This document shows positions 35,715-47,830 of a DNA stretch of 64,000 nucleotides, one piece after another. The notes under the pieces are model-generated. The model saw only the letters and a program-made list of their open reading frames with translations. It ran no database searches and was not told the origin of the DNA. A program made the position numbers and the translations under genes. Source of the stretch: Heteronotia binoei (taxonomy: Eukaryota); contig NC_083233.1 of NCBI RefSeq assembly GCF_032191835.1, positions 57,226,001 through 57,290,000 of the forward strand, written 5' to 3'. Every line of letters begins with the position of its first letter. Within the stretch, counting starts at the first letter, position 1.

Positions 35715-37036
35715 AGTGGCTATCCAGGGGTTTGCCCTCCAATGACTTACCTCTTTTCTCCAAGGCCGGGGACAAAGGGTGGTTATAAGGGAGCAATTGT
35801 CCCAGAGGTACTCACTTATAAGTGGTGTGCCCCAGGGAGTGGTTCTCTCCCTGACGTTGTTCAACATCTATATGCACCCCCTTGCCCAGATTGTCCAGAG
35901 ATATGGGGTGGGTTGCCATCAATATGCAGCTCTATCTATTGATGGGAGGTCAATCTGACTGTGCCCTGGAAGATCTGGACATGGCATTGCAAGCTGTGGT
36001 GAAATGGTTCAGGCAGAGTCAACTGAAATTGAACCCAGCGAAGACGGAGGTCCTGAACCTAAGTTGCGATGGCCTGGGAAGGAAGATCCCTCTACCGGCC
36101 TTTGATGGGGTGCCTCTGGTGCCACCATCTAGGGTCAAGAGTTTGGGGGTGCTCCTGAAGCCTTCACTGATAATAGAGGCCCAGGTAGCAGCCACTGCCA
36201 AATCTGCATTTTACTATCTTAGGCAGATAAGGCAGTTGGACCTATACCTAGAGCGCAGCAACTTAGCAACAGTGATCCATGTGAAGGTCACCTTGAGAAT
36301 AGACTACTGTAATGCCTTCTACATGGGGCTGCCCTTGAATCAAAGTTGAAAGCTGCAACTGGTGCAAAATGCAGCAGCCAGGTTGTTGTTGGAGTTACCT
36401 TTCCATGAGCATATCAAACCTGTGCTAGAAACATTGCACTGGTTGCCTGTAGCATTCCAGATCTGTTTCAAAGTGCTGGTCATAATCTTCAAAGCCCTAT
36501 ATGGCCTGGGACCTGTCTACCATTGGGACCGCCTTTCCCCATAAGTGCCCCAGAGAGCACTACGGTTGGGTTCGCAACATCTTCTTATGATCCCTGGGCC
36601 AAAAGAAGCTCGTCTGTCCACCACCAGACCTAGAGCTTTTTTGGCGGCAGGTCTTTTTTGGTGGAACGCCCTTTCTGAAAACATCAGGAGCTGCAAGACA
36701 GTTCTGCAGAGCTTGCAAGACCAAATTGTTCAGACTTGCTTTTAACAACTAAGGGGAGATGCCTACCATCCCACAGCATCCACAGTCTAACTGATACCAG
36801 CATATGGATTGTGAGAGCACTAAATAATAACTAGAAACACCAATGGACATAGCTCTAAATAATAAGTAGTAACATCGACATACAGCTTGGACCTTCTGCT
36901 GATTGTAAGTTATGTATTTATGATTTTATTGTATATTCTGTTTTAAAATTTATATGTCATTTTTATTTGTTGTTAGCCGCCCTGAGCTCGTCAGGGGAGG
37001 ACGGGATATAAATGCGATAAAATGAAATAAATAAAT
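35715..37036 (+). mobile_element. 5'-truncated L2 LINE (RT to 3' tail)
   Basis: GVPQG, LFNIYM, LKLNPAKTEVL, RIDYCNAFYMGLP, LHWLP motifs; (AAAT)n tail; frameshifted. Confidence 0.92.
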
Positions 37037-37329
37037 GAGCAAAAGGATGTACTAGAAGATGACCTCTGTGTTTCTTCCAACACTGGGGCTCCATGTAGGG
37101 TTCTCACTCAGCTCTTGGTTGGGAAATACTTGGAGGGGTTTTTTGGGGGGCGTGGAGCTTAGGGAGGGTGGGGTTTGGAGAAGGAGGGACCTGAGCAGTG
37201 TCCACTCTCAGAATTTCAGAAGTGTCTGTTAGTTATGAGGAAATTACAATTTCATCATTTATTTCCTTGAGGCCCCACCCAGCAAGGAAGACTCACTGCA
37301 GCTCTAAGTGAAGGCTGTGAAGCAAACTA

Positions 37330-37620
37330 TGCAGAAAAAAGAGGAAAAACCACCAAACACCCCCTCCCCCAGCTGATAGCAACAGCCCTGAAAAAAGGGC
37401 TTGACAAACAGTGTCTGCATTTGATCGCTAATCACCTGGGCAAGGATTATTTGCGGAGCTTTGATCCCTGTTCCCAACTCCCCTTCGATGGAATGATCGC
37501 ATTCTCCTGCAGACATAACAGCTAACCCAGATTTCAACGTTCTGAATGCTGAACTGGGCTTTTAAGTATATCGCTGTCTGGCCTTGCCCCAGAAAGTGGT
37601 TGAAAGCAAAGCTGAAGCCA
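37330..37620. promoter_or_regulatory. Putative enhancer or conserved non-coding element
   Basis: Non-repetitive, CpG-retaining; TGACA, TTTGAT and TAATC motifs. Confidence 0.35.
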
Positions 37621-37822
37621 AGGACATTTATCTGGAGGAAGGGAAATTTGTAGAGACCACTGGACAGAAAAGAAAGGAAATGGGAGTGCAGCTGTAGGGC
37701 TGAGCCAGGAAGCACTTCAAAGCAGTTCCAATTCAATGTTCTGACTGCTCAGCTACCATCATTTGTTTTGATTCAATCGTAGGTGCATCATCTATACTGC
37801 TTCTGCTAGGACTAGTGGCAGC

Positions 37823-37940
37823 CATGGCTTTTTAAAAGCAGGAACACACAGGAAAGCAGCTCCAGCTGGCTTGGTGTCAGGGGAGTGACCTAATATGCAA
37901 ATAAGTCCCTGCTGGGCTTTTTCTACTAAAAAAAGCCCTG
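37823..37940 (-). mobile_element. hAT MITE, 118-bp octamer form
   Basis: TSD GTGGCAGC/GTGGCAAC; ATGCAAAT at 37895-37902. Confidence 0.85.
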
Positions 37941-39406
37941 GTGGCAACTATCATTCAGGCCAAGTGTGATGTCTATAACTGAGGCCACATTCATTTAAGC
38001 TTCATTTCAGCAAAGATAAGGTAAACAGCTGTGTTATAATCTGTCTTCTGAACTAAAATGAATCAAAATCCAGGCATTCCAAATTCTGTGCCAAATAAGC
38101 TGAACTCACGAGTTTCCAAAGAAGTCCTTTTGTTTCACATTGCATAATTTTCCTCCCTAAGTTTGCTAGGCTTCGGACAGCAGAATATGCCATCCATACT
38201 TTCCCATGCAAGAGCAGAATAAAAATAAAAGCCAAGATCGAAATGAAACACCTGATTCGTGGCTGGGTATAGGCAGAGTCACTGCTTATCTAATGCAGGA
38301 AGCGAGTGGAGTCTTATTTCATCTCCAGAAGTGCCCATTGAAGGGAGTGGCCTAACCTTAAAAAAGACTAACCACATTGTCTGGCTAAAGACTGAAGAAT
38401 ATTTCAGAGATGAGGAGGGCTGGTTTAGGGAGTGGATTGTTATGTGTTTAATGCTGTGTAGTTTGAACACATGCATGTGCGCGCACACAAACACACACAC
38501 AGAGCTTTTGCTTGAATTTTTAGAATTTCTTTTATTTATTCAGAAATGTACCTCCTGTTGCTTTACAGACTTGCTCTGATTATGACAACTTGATGCTAGC
38601 TAGTCTGTCATAAGCATTAACTCTTCAAGCACTCTTTTTGTGTGTGGGGTGGGTTTGCTTGCATAAGGGACAATGCTCAATGCATGGTCTATTCAGCAGG
38701 CATCTCATATCATATATCCTAAATATGGAATTGATATGTCCTGAAATATATGTGTGTGAGAGAGAGGGCATTACCAGAGAGCGCGCAATCAGCCATTTCC
38801 CTAAGCCATGTTGCCTGGAGAGAGAACAAGTGTCCTTAATATAATATACAAGGCAGCTTTGTCTTAAGGAAGGCCACTCTAGCCACAGAGGTAAACCAGG
38901 CAGACCTCTGGGGTGCTACTGCCTACCTCAGCTACATGGAGAGGGAGCCACAGCCTGCCCTTTAGAAATTGGTGCAAAGGAAGGAACTTTGCTTATGTTG
39001 AATGGTCCAGATCCTACATTCTGGGGTGCACCACTGACACCTCCATCAGCTACCAACTGAGATAGTTGTCAAAGGGAAGCAGTTGAGAAGTGAGAAGTAC
39101 CTGAAACTGATGAATTCACATCCGAGTCCATAGGGAAGCTGGTGGAAGCTGGCAGGTGGCTCCATAGGGAAGGCAGGAAATGTTGAGTGGCCTGAGCAGT
39201 GTGCCTGAATTGAGTTCGGAGTCCCTCAGAAGAAAAGAAGGAAGGAATGAGGAACTCCCCAGGTTTGCCAGCTCTGGGTTGTGCAATACCTGGAGATTTT
39301 GGGGGTGGAGGGAGCCTGGGGAAGGAGGGGTTTGGGAATGGGAGGGTCTGCAGCAGGGTATAACACCATAGAGTCCAGCCTCCAAAAAGCCGTTTTCTCC
39401 AGGGGA

Positions 39407-39956
39407 TGAATGATCAAAACAACTGGAACTGGTGTAATCAATGGAAATAACAGAAAAACCACCAGAAGCAATGAAATTTACATGGAAACGTGTATAAATA
39501 CGTTTTAGTGCAAGCTTAAATGATACTTAAACAAAACAAAACTAAGGAACACTGAGCTTTCAACTTATGAATTTTCCCACACAGTCTTTCAGTAGCCCTG
39601 TAAATCGACTTCCTTTGAGTAGACTCAGTTGTGGGTGAATGCTTTTTTCCTCAGTGCCTGACTCCTAACGAGGTGGAGAGAGTAAGGAAGGAACTGCTTA
39701 GGAAAGGACTCCTCACGGTTTCGATCACTTCGTCAGCCTCCTTCTCCTGACGTTACACAGAGCTGTTATTAATAACATAACATAAATATATATCCAACTC
39801 TAATCTCCTTTAATACAGAATTGTTGATGCAAACTCACCCTCAGCTCAAAACTCACCCTTAGTTTTGTTCTATTTAAATTTCATTTAAGCTTGCACTAAA
39901 ACGTATTTATACATGTTTCTGTGTAACTGCTTCCGGTGATTTTTTGATTATTTCCA
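39407..39956 (-). mobile_element. Unclassified inverted-repeat element, possibly Penelope-like, with hammerhead core
   Basis: 14-bp TSD TTTTCTCCAGGGGA; ~105-bp inverted repeats (39440-39547, 39857-39958) with an identical 33-bp core. Confidence 0.7.
39700..39747 (-). ncRNA. Candidate minimal hammerhead ribozyme
   Basis: Minus strand reads GGAGG-CTGACGA-AGTGATC-GAAAC-CGTGAGGA-GTC-CTTTCC; core nucleotides are intact but stems are very short. Confidence 0.4.
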
Positions 39957-40155
39957 TTTTCTCCAGGGGAGCTGATCTCGGTCATCTGGAGAACAACTAT
40001 AATAGTAGGAGATCTCCAGGTGCCTCCAGGAGGTTGGCAACTTTAGCACACTCATCTGACTCAAGATCCAGTTGAGAGAGTCACTTCTGCCAGCTTCCAC
40101 TGTCTTCAGAGGCAGGATGGAATCCTGCTCTGATCCAGATCAGGTGAGAATTTCC

Positions 40156-40374
40156 TAAGGTTGCCAGTCTCCAGGTGGGGTCTGGGGAACTCCTGCTTTT
40201 ACAACTGATCTCCAGCTGGCAGAGATCAGCTCCCCTGGATAAAATGGCTGATTTGAAGGATGGACTCTATGGCATTGTACCATGCTGAGGCCCCTCCCGT
40301 CCCCAAGTCCTGCACTCTCCAGGATCCACCCCCAAAGTCTCCAGGCATTTTCCAACACAGACCTGGCAACCCTA
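40156..40374. mobile_element. TAGGGTTGCC-type hAT MITE
   Basis: TAAGGTTGCC / GGCAACCCTA termini; reverse orientation relative to 50557-50745. Confidence 0.75.
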
Positions 40375-40687
40375 ATCCCATCTGCTAGGAACATTTGCAC
40401 TAAAATACAATTCACATTCCTGTTAGCTGCTTTAGGAGACAACTGCAAAGTGGAATGCAAATGTAAAAAGGTTAAGCAGCTTTGGATACAATATGATAGG
40501 AGGAAAGGAAGTTTCGAATTTGTCCAGTCTAGCAAAGCAAAACTAAACAAAACTGGCCTTGGGACCAAGCAGTTTTTCGGTTTCACCCACATTTTGGACT
40601 TCCTCTATCTTGTGTGGTTGCCATTGCCAACTGGTCAGAAAACAATGCCCCATCCCTTTGATAGAGCTTTAATAGGTGGAAATGGCT

Positions 40688-40997
40688 AAGAGCCCCGTGG
40701 CACAGAGTGGAAAAACTGCAGTACTGCAGTCGGAGCCCTCTGCTCATGACCTGAGTTCAATTCCAGAGGAAGCTGGTTCAGGTAGCTGGCTCCAGGTTGA
40801 CTCAGCCTTCCATCCTTCTGAGGTCGGTAAAATGAGTACCCAGCTTGCGGGGGGGTGGGGGTGGGGAAGTGTAGATGACTGGGGAAGGCAACGGCAAACC
40901 ACCCCATAAAAAGTCTGCTGTAAAAACGTTGTGAAAGCAATGTCACCCCAAAGTTGAAAATGACTGGTGCTTGCACAGGAGACTACCTTTACCTTTT
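40688..40997 (+). mobile_element. Squam2/Sauria-like SINE with RTE tail
   Basis: 15-bp TSD TAGGTGGAAATGGCT; ACCTTTACCTTT tail. Confidence 0.92.
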
Positions 40998-41289
40998 TAG
41001 GTGGAAATGGCTGCTTTGAAGCTTTCCAGGGCACAGAGCTAAATAACATGACCTCATCATTGCTGCAGATCAATATGATATTGAGGGTATAGAGGGACCA
41101 GTTGCCCAGCCTTCCCTACACCTTTCAGGGCTACAGTCATCACCAGAAATGCTAAGGCTTCTAGGCCGAGTCTCTTCAGGTGGGACCCCTTTGGGCTTTC
41201 CTGTGCTTCAGTCCAAAACACACGGATCTCCTTGCTCAGGCAGAGTGGGTGGCCTCTCTCATCCACCCGAGCAGCTGTAATGAACCTTC

Positions 41290-41560
41290 CCACACTCCTC
41301 TCTCCACAAAGAATAAACCCGACCTGGCCCAGGCGGTTAATATTTAACTGAATAAAGAGCCATAAATATGGAAAATGGGACTTTTAATTAAATAAGCAGC
41401 TTTTAAAAAGACCCTAGGGCTGGAGCGGCTTTTGTTTAAATATGATTGATTGGTCTCTCTTTCTCTTCTGCTTGTGCGAAGTCCAACGAGAGGGGACGGT
41501 CAGTCCTTGTCACACTCCAGCTGGCCAGCTGCTAAAGGGGAGAGATTCAAGGTGGAGATG
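41290..41560. promoter_or_regulatory. Putative enhancer or conserved non-coding element
   Basis: AT-rich homeodomain/forkhead-like motifs (CCATAAAT, TTAATTAA, TGTTTAAA, TGATTGAT) in unique sequence. Confidence 0.45.
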
Positions 41561-42094
41561 GAGAGCAGGCCGTATTTCATTTAAAAGGGGGGGGGACTAA
41601 GGGTCAAGGCTAACTGGAAGTCAAAGCCTCTGCCTGAGTGACTGGTATAAATGAGCTATGAATCAGGAAGTCTTTGGTTTGCCTGTGCCATGAATACACT
41701 AGGTGGGCTTTGGGAAACTGTTCGGCCTCTTTTGCAAATGGGGATCATAATAATATCGGCCTTCTTTGCTGCTAGGTAAGGAGTGCTGTGCCAAATATTC
41801 AAAGCACCATGTAAATGCTAAGAAGAAACTCTTATAGCAGACATATATGTCATATGCAGTGTGGAGTGAGAGAGTTCCTGACTGGGCCTGTGGAGATCTA
41901 GGTTTGAATCCCAGCTTCCTGTGAAGCTTACAAGGGGAACCAGTCACTCCTTCTCTTCACCTAGCTTACCTCACAGGGTTGTTGTGAAACTTGCATGGAG
42001 GGAAGGAGACATATGTTGACCTAAAATCTTTTGGGAAAAAAGAGGGATAAAAAATTTGCAATCGATAAATTAGGCTTGCCAACTGACCAGGAAT

Positions 42095-43030
42095 AATTTA
42101 TTTTTTTATCATATGGCAAAGTCACACACAGGAAGCATATAATAATATAAAACACATAATTAAATTGATATAACAGGTATGCAGATCGATTGGGCAATCC
42201 CCCTAAATACTAATATCTACATTTTCAATTCACTCAGTCACAGCTGGGGAGAGTTCAAAGAGCTCCATCGCATTACCCTGGAAAGCACAACGTTCACATT
42301 CCTGTGACAGAGGGGAAAGAGTTTGACAGGCTGCACCACAATCCCATTTCGGTCCTGGTATTTTGCCCCATTTAAACAGCAGGTCTGCACAACTACCAAA
42401 GGCTGCTCATATTCTATTAACCATCTTCCACACTTCAAGTGGCAAGTCAAAGCCTGTGGGGCTCTCATTGGTGTTTATCAGGTTATGGATATCAGGTGGA
42501 ACTAGTAGCATCCATGTTCGCAACCATTCAGTTCCTAGACCAAAATTTTGTGATTTCAGAATTTGTGTAGATCTTATTGCTGGGTGCTGAGATCTTAGTT
42601 TGGATAAGCCCGCATCAGCTATGTCTTTGTGGATGGGCAGCTTTCTATATTGATGAAGAAGAGCATCTTGCCCTCAGAGATGCGGAGGAGCAGTGCAGCA
42701 TAACGTAGGTAGTCAGTAGATTGGAGTAGGTTGAATGCATCCACTGATGGTTCTCATTGTATTCAGTTGGGCATGAAATTTGTGGACATATTCCAAGCAA
42801 TATATTCCATAGTGCTATACACCAACCCCAAAGATGAGCATGTTGTACCACATAATTTTTGGAGAATGTTGTTTTGTGTGCATATTTTTGCTGCTACATT
42901 GGTTAAGATGGTGTTCATAGGACCTAACAAATAGCCCATGAGATTGCCATGGTGGATGCAAACTTTTGTTGCTTTACCTTCTTCAGGAGAATATACTTGG
43001 CATTTATAGAGCTCTGCCTCAGCTATCAGA
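42095..43030 (-). mobile_element. Vingi/Ingi-type LINE, 3' ORF fragment plus tail
   Basis: Minus strand reads LTNVAAKI..NNILQKLCGTT, LNTMRTISG..PTPIY*LP, NRI*...CADLLFKWG..WDCGAACQT; stop at 42203-42205; ends CCATATGATAAAAAAATAAAT. Confidence 0.85.
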
Positions 43031-43889
43031 ATCAACGGTTACCAACCCACAGTACCAAGGAAAACCCACTTCTGTTCAAGCAGTCTGGCTCCAGATTCTT
43101 GTGGGTCCCTGAACAAGATGCCCTCAATCGCCCTCTCCCAAGCCTCCTTCTAAGCGTGCACATGAATTGCAAGCAGAGAGACCCATATTTTCCTGGAAGA
43201 GAGTGAGAATGCAGGTCTTTCATGCTCTTTTGAGCTACAGTGATAATTCTTTAAGCTACATCAGCTCTTGCAAGTCTAGAAGGAACATGAAAAAGCCACA
43301 CTTGGAAGGACTCCTCCCAGCAGGTAATGGACTGTAGATTGCTCCAGATGCTGCTGTGACATGGGGGCAGTCTCCCATTGCCTGTGGGGAGGTATTTGGG
43401 AGGCCAGATTAGAGTTGGTCTCTCTGGCTCCTTTAAGTTCTTGCAGAGGTGGTTGAACTTGAAAGAGCATGGCAGAGCCTTCTCTGGCTGCAGCTTCCTG
43501 TTTCTGTGTTGGGGAAAGCATCCAGGGGCAGGAGAGATGTGCTGAGGTTTCCAGAAGCATGAGAAAGACATGCTCTGATGTCTGGCCAGGTGCCCATCCC
43601 CAGGAGATAAGTACAGTTCCCAATTTTGGTCTTGGAAATTCCTGGAGCTTTGGGGGTGGAGCCTGGGAAGACTGCAGTTAGGGGAGGTGGGGGACCTCAG
43701 TGGGGTATAATGCCATAGTGTCCACCCTTCACAGCGATTATTTTCTCCAGCGGAACTGATCTCTGTAATCTGGAAATCAGTTGTATATCTTCTGAGAGAT
43801 CTTCAGGTTCCACCTGGAGGTTGGCATCCTTGGGTGCAAGGACCTCTAGGATAATCCCTGATTTCCTGGTCAGAGGAGAGTGTGGAAGC

Positions 43890-44055
43890 CAGGGCTAACC
43901 TTGCCACTAGGCAAACTAGGCAATTGCCTAGAGTGCTGGCCTTCTGGGGGTGCCAAATTGGGTGCTCCCTCATGTGACTTAGTGACATTATCAGTGCAGG
44001 AGGGGCACTAGAAATTAGCCTTGCCTAGGGTGCCAGACAGCCTAGGGCACGGTTG
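43890..44055 (-). mobile_element. hAT MITE (CAGGGCCGGCCCT family)
   Basis: Interior matches 3736-3905. Confidence 0.65.
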
Positions 44056-44090
44056 TTGAACATGCAGCCCAGGGACCCAACCAGGCCCCT

Positions 44091-44373
44091 AGAAGAAGAA
44101 GATGGTATTGGATTTATATCCCGCCCTCCACTCCAAATCTCAGAGTCTCAGAGTGGTTCACAATCTCCTTTATCTTCCTCCCCCACAACGGACACCCTTT
44201 GAGGTGAGTGGGGCTGAGAGGACTCTCACAGCAGCTGCCCTTTCAAGGACAATCTCTGCCAGAGCTATGGCTGACTTAAGGCCATTCCAGCAGCTGCAAG
44301 TGGAGGAGTGGGGAATCAAACCTGGTTCTCCCAGAGAAGAGTCTGCACACTTAACCACTACACCAATCTGGCT
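44091..44373 (-). mobile_element. Squam3-like SINE
   Basis: Full-length copy with (GAA)n tail on the + strand. Confidence 0.92.
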
Positions 44374-45013
44374 CTCAAAGGGCTCCTATCAGGCCCCCAA
44401 GCAACTGGCTGTCACCTGCTTCCTTCTCCCTTTCTCTTGCTTTCTTCTGCATCACACCTTGCTTTGCAAGGCTTGCTCAATCACACAGGAGCTACAGAGT
44501 AAAAACTCTATTTTCTCCATTGGGCTTCTCCACTGGGGAGGAAGGAGGGGAAACAGAGCTTGCTTTGCCGGGCTTTCTCAATTGCACAGCAGAGCTACTG
44601 AGCCAAGCCTCTCTTTCTTCTATTGGCTGAGGCTCCTACTCCTCCTAGTCCCCTGTGGAAGGAAGAAAAGAGCCAGAGCTTCCTTTGCTCAATTCCCTGG
44701 CTCTCATAGGAGAGATAAAAAGAAAACACCTTCAAGAGACCAACAAGTGCTAATGTTTTAAGCATGTTATTTTTAAGGGTTTTAAAAAATCTTTAATTAT
44801 GTTTGTGACCTTTATAAAGTTTATCTCGGCTACCTAATCTTAATTAGGTACACACATGGCCTGGCCCAACAAGGTCTCATTTATGTAAGATCTGGCCTTC
44901 ATAACAAATGGGTTTGATACTCCTGGTCTAAGGCCAGCCCTGGTGGAAGCAGCACAGGAGTTCAACTCTCTTGGATAAGAGATGCTTCCTGCTGACTCCA
45001 GGTGCCTAGGACA

Positions 45014-45743
45014 TAGGGTTGCCAAATCGAACCCCAGAAATATCTGGGGACTTTGGGGGTGGAGCCAGGAGACTTTGGGGGTGGAGCCAGGAGACACTGG
45101 GGTGGAGCTAGGGGGAGGGGCGGAAACAGCGCCGGGGAGCGTGGCGAACCGCCCCGCAGCCTCTTCTCTGCTCGCTGTGCTGCTCCTCCGAGATGGGCTC
45201 AGCCTGAGCCCATCTCGGAAGAGCAGCCACGGAGCGGAGCAGAGGCGGCAGCGGCGCGGCGGCCTCTTCTCCGCTCGCCGTGCTGCTCCTCCGAGATGGG
45301 CTCAGGCTGAGCCCATCTTGGAGGAGCAGCCACGGCGAGCGGAGAAGAGGCCGCCGCGCCGCTGCCACCTCGCCTGCTCCGCCTCTGGGGTGGAAGTGGA
45401 GGTGGGGGGTGGAGGTGGGCTGGGGGCGTGGTGAGCCGCAAGTCCGGGTCCTAGAAGGGCCCGGATTCATGGCTCACCATGCTCCTGGCCTGCCTCGCCC
45501 TCCCCTGCGCTGCTGCCGTCTCTTGGCTGCTCCTCCGAGATGGGCTCAGCCTGGGCCCATCTCGGAGGAGAAACTGTGGTGGGCGGGGAGGGGGTGGCAG
45601 CGGCGCGGCGGCCTCCTCGGCTCCAGGATCCGGCAGCTCAGCGCCGTTTCCCCCTCTCCCCCCGCTTCCATTTTTTGGGGGAGCGGGGGAAGAGGGTGGA
45701 AATCTTGGGGTCCCCCGCCAGGGCGGGAGGTTTGGGAAGCCTA
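45014..45743. mobile_element. Non-autonomous hAT with GC-rich palindromic interior
   Basis: Perfect TSD CTAGGACA (45006-45013, 45744-45751); both ends shared with 30536-31285. Confidence 0.92.
45247..45366. repeat. Near-perfect 120-nt inverted repeat
   Basis: 59/60-nt arms around G45306, with one G-T mismatch and one bulge. Confidence 0.95.
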
Positions 45744-46448
45744 CTAGGACATTGCAGTGTTTCTGGAGCAATCTTCCATTCCTCCTGGTCGGGGGTCTGG
45801 AGTTTCGCCATGGGCATCAGCAGATGTAGGCCTTGGCTCATGGATGCAGCCTTCTTACCAGGCCTGGAGCTACAATGGGGCCCCTCAGGGCCTGCCCCTT
45901 GAGTTACTATAAAGGCCCCCATGACTTCCTATCCAGCTCAGACCCCCTGACTTCCTTTTTTTTTTGCCCCACCCTCCCTCTCATTGCTGGCAAGCCTCAA
46001 GCCCCCCTCCATTCCTATGGCATCGGACTGGGGGTAGGAGAGACTGCCAGGGAGGGAGGTGGAGGTGTGAGAAGGGAAGAGGTGGAGGAGTGGGGGCTGG
46101 CAGAGTGGATCGGCTGGAATGAGTGGATGTCCTTTGTGTCTTGAAGTGGGATCACACCCTTTGGGGCAGGCTTTCCAAGAAAAGGGGGAAAAATAGCTGA
46201 AGAAGGGATCTGCTCTGCTCTGGGGTGATTGTTAGAAAGAAAGAAACAGCTTGTGGTTGGTCATTATTATAAATTATTATTTTTTGTTATTGTTTCTGAC
46301 TTTTTTTTCTCCCTCCAAGGTGCTTTCAGGAGGGCTGCTTTTGGCCCATCCACCCCTTCTCTCCTCTTTCCTCTTCTTCTGTCAATATCTGTGGCCCCGT
46401 TCATAGGAAATTTGCACATGGCTGGATCTGGCCAACCTGGATCTGGCT

Positions 46449-46959
46449 TAGGGTTGCCAATCCCCAGGTGGGGCAGGGGATCTCCCGGTTTGGAGGCCCT
46501 TCCCCCGCTTCAGGGTCATCAGAAAGCGGGGGGGGGGGGAGGGAAATGTCTGCTGGGAACTCTATTATTCCCTATGGAGACTTATTCCCATAGAAAATAA
46601 TGAAGAATTGTTCCACGGGTATCTGGGGCTCTGGGGGGGGGGCGGTTTTTTGAGATAGAAACACCAAATCTTTGACATAGTATCCAGTGCCTCTCCTCAA
46701 ACTACCCCCCAAGTTTCAAAATGATTGGGCCAGTGGGTCATGGTCTATGAACCCCAAAAGAAGGTGCCCCTATCCTTCATTATTTCCTATGGAAAGAAGG
46801 CATTTAAAAGGTGTGCAGTTCCTTTAAATGGGATGGCCAGAACTCCCTTTGGAGTTCAATTATGCTTGTCTCACCCTTGCTCCTGGCTCCACCCCCAAAG
46901 TCTCCTGGCTCCACCCCCAAAGTCCCCAGATGTTTCTTGAATTGGACTTGGCAACCCTA
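46449..46959. mobile_element. Non-autonomous hAT, 511 bp, intact
   Basis: TAGGGTTGCCAA / TTGGCAACCCTA TIRs; perfect TSD ATCTGGCT. Confidence 0.95.
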
Positions 46960-47157
46960 ATCTGGCTACCTTACCCCCCATCCCCCACTCATGGCCAGAG
47001 GAGACATGTCTGGGGCTTTTTTGGGGGAGGGGGCACCACTTTCCTCAGTGGCCCCCACTGAAAATTTTCTGGCTATGGGCCTGCTTCTTACTGTCATGCT
47101 TTAGAATTCAGGCAAGTGCCAAGTGTGTTTGTAAAACTCTTTCTGGACTGTAGCACT

Positions 47158-47359
47158 TCAGGTTGCCAGTGCTGGGTTGGGAAACACCTGGACATTTTGG
47201 GGATGGAGCCTGAGGAAAGCAGGGTTTGGGGCGGGGAAGGACTTCAGTGGGGTACAATGCCATACAGTCTACTTTCCAAAGCAGCCGTTTTCGCTAGGTG
47301 AATTGATCTCTGTAATCTCCAGGAAATCTCCAGCTACCGCCTGGAGATTGGCAACCCTT
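47158..47359. mobile_element. TAGGGTTGCC-type hAT MITE
   Basis: Termini and interior match 50557-50745. Confidence 0.75.
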
Positions 47360-47429
47360 GCACCGCTTCATGTGATTGAATGGGGCTCCTAGCAGCAAAG
47401 TCCAAACACCTCTCTGAAAGTTCAGAGAG

Positions 47430-47830
47430 AAAAGTTTAATCAGCTCCGTTTGGAATTTTTAGCATGTCCGACATTTTTAATTGGAATTCTAATGGGATCT
47501 TTCGAACCTCCTTTCTGATTTTACCATGTCCTGCCTTGAGCTTCGGTGGAAGGGGCAAGCATAAATCCCTCATGGAGGTAATCAACTCATCACCCTCATC
47601 AATTGCATCCCGATGACCAAAGGTAGGAAATGACTTGGCAGGTACAACTGGCTTTGCCCCACCCACCAGGGAACAGAAGAGCAAGCGCAACCGCAATCCC
47701 TCCAGCTCGTGAATCATTTTAATACAGCCACTGCCCTCTGTGTGATAATAGGAAAGACTTGTCAAGTTCGAGCCCCTTGATTAGAAGTAATGCCCCCCGG
47801 CTGGTACAGGAATAACAGAGCCGATGATGA
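47430..47830. promoter_or_regulatory. Putative enhancer or conserved non-coding element
   Basis: Unique, CpG-retaining; TAATCAGCT, TAATTG, TGACC and GATAAT motifs. Confidence 0.4.

Larger units (their letters stand above)
39260..40045. mobile_element. TAGGGTTGCC-type hAT MITE interrupted by a 550-bp insertion
   Basis: Halves rejoin to match the 47158-47359 and 50557-50745 copies. Confidence 0.8.

Noticed and set aside
44102-44761. 219-aa ORF
   Set aside because: Antisense read-through of a SINE into an old DNA transposon; the same pseudo-peptide (PPPQQTPCEVGGAER) recurs at every SINE copy.
44982-45922. Cluster of 80-155 aa ORFs and an apparent CpG island or promoter
   Set aside because: Explained by the palindromic GC-rich interior of the hAT at 45014-45743.
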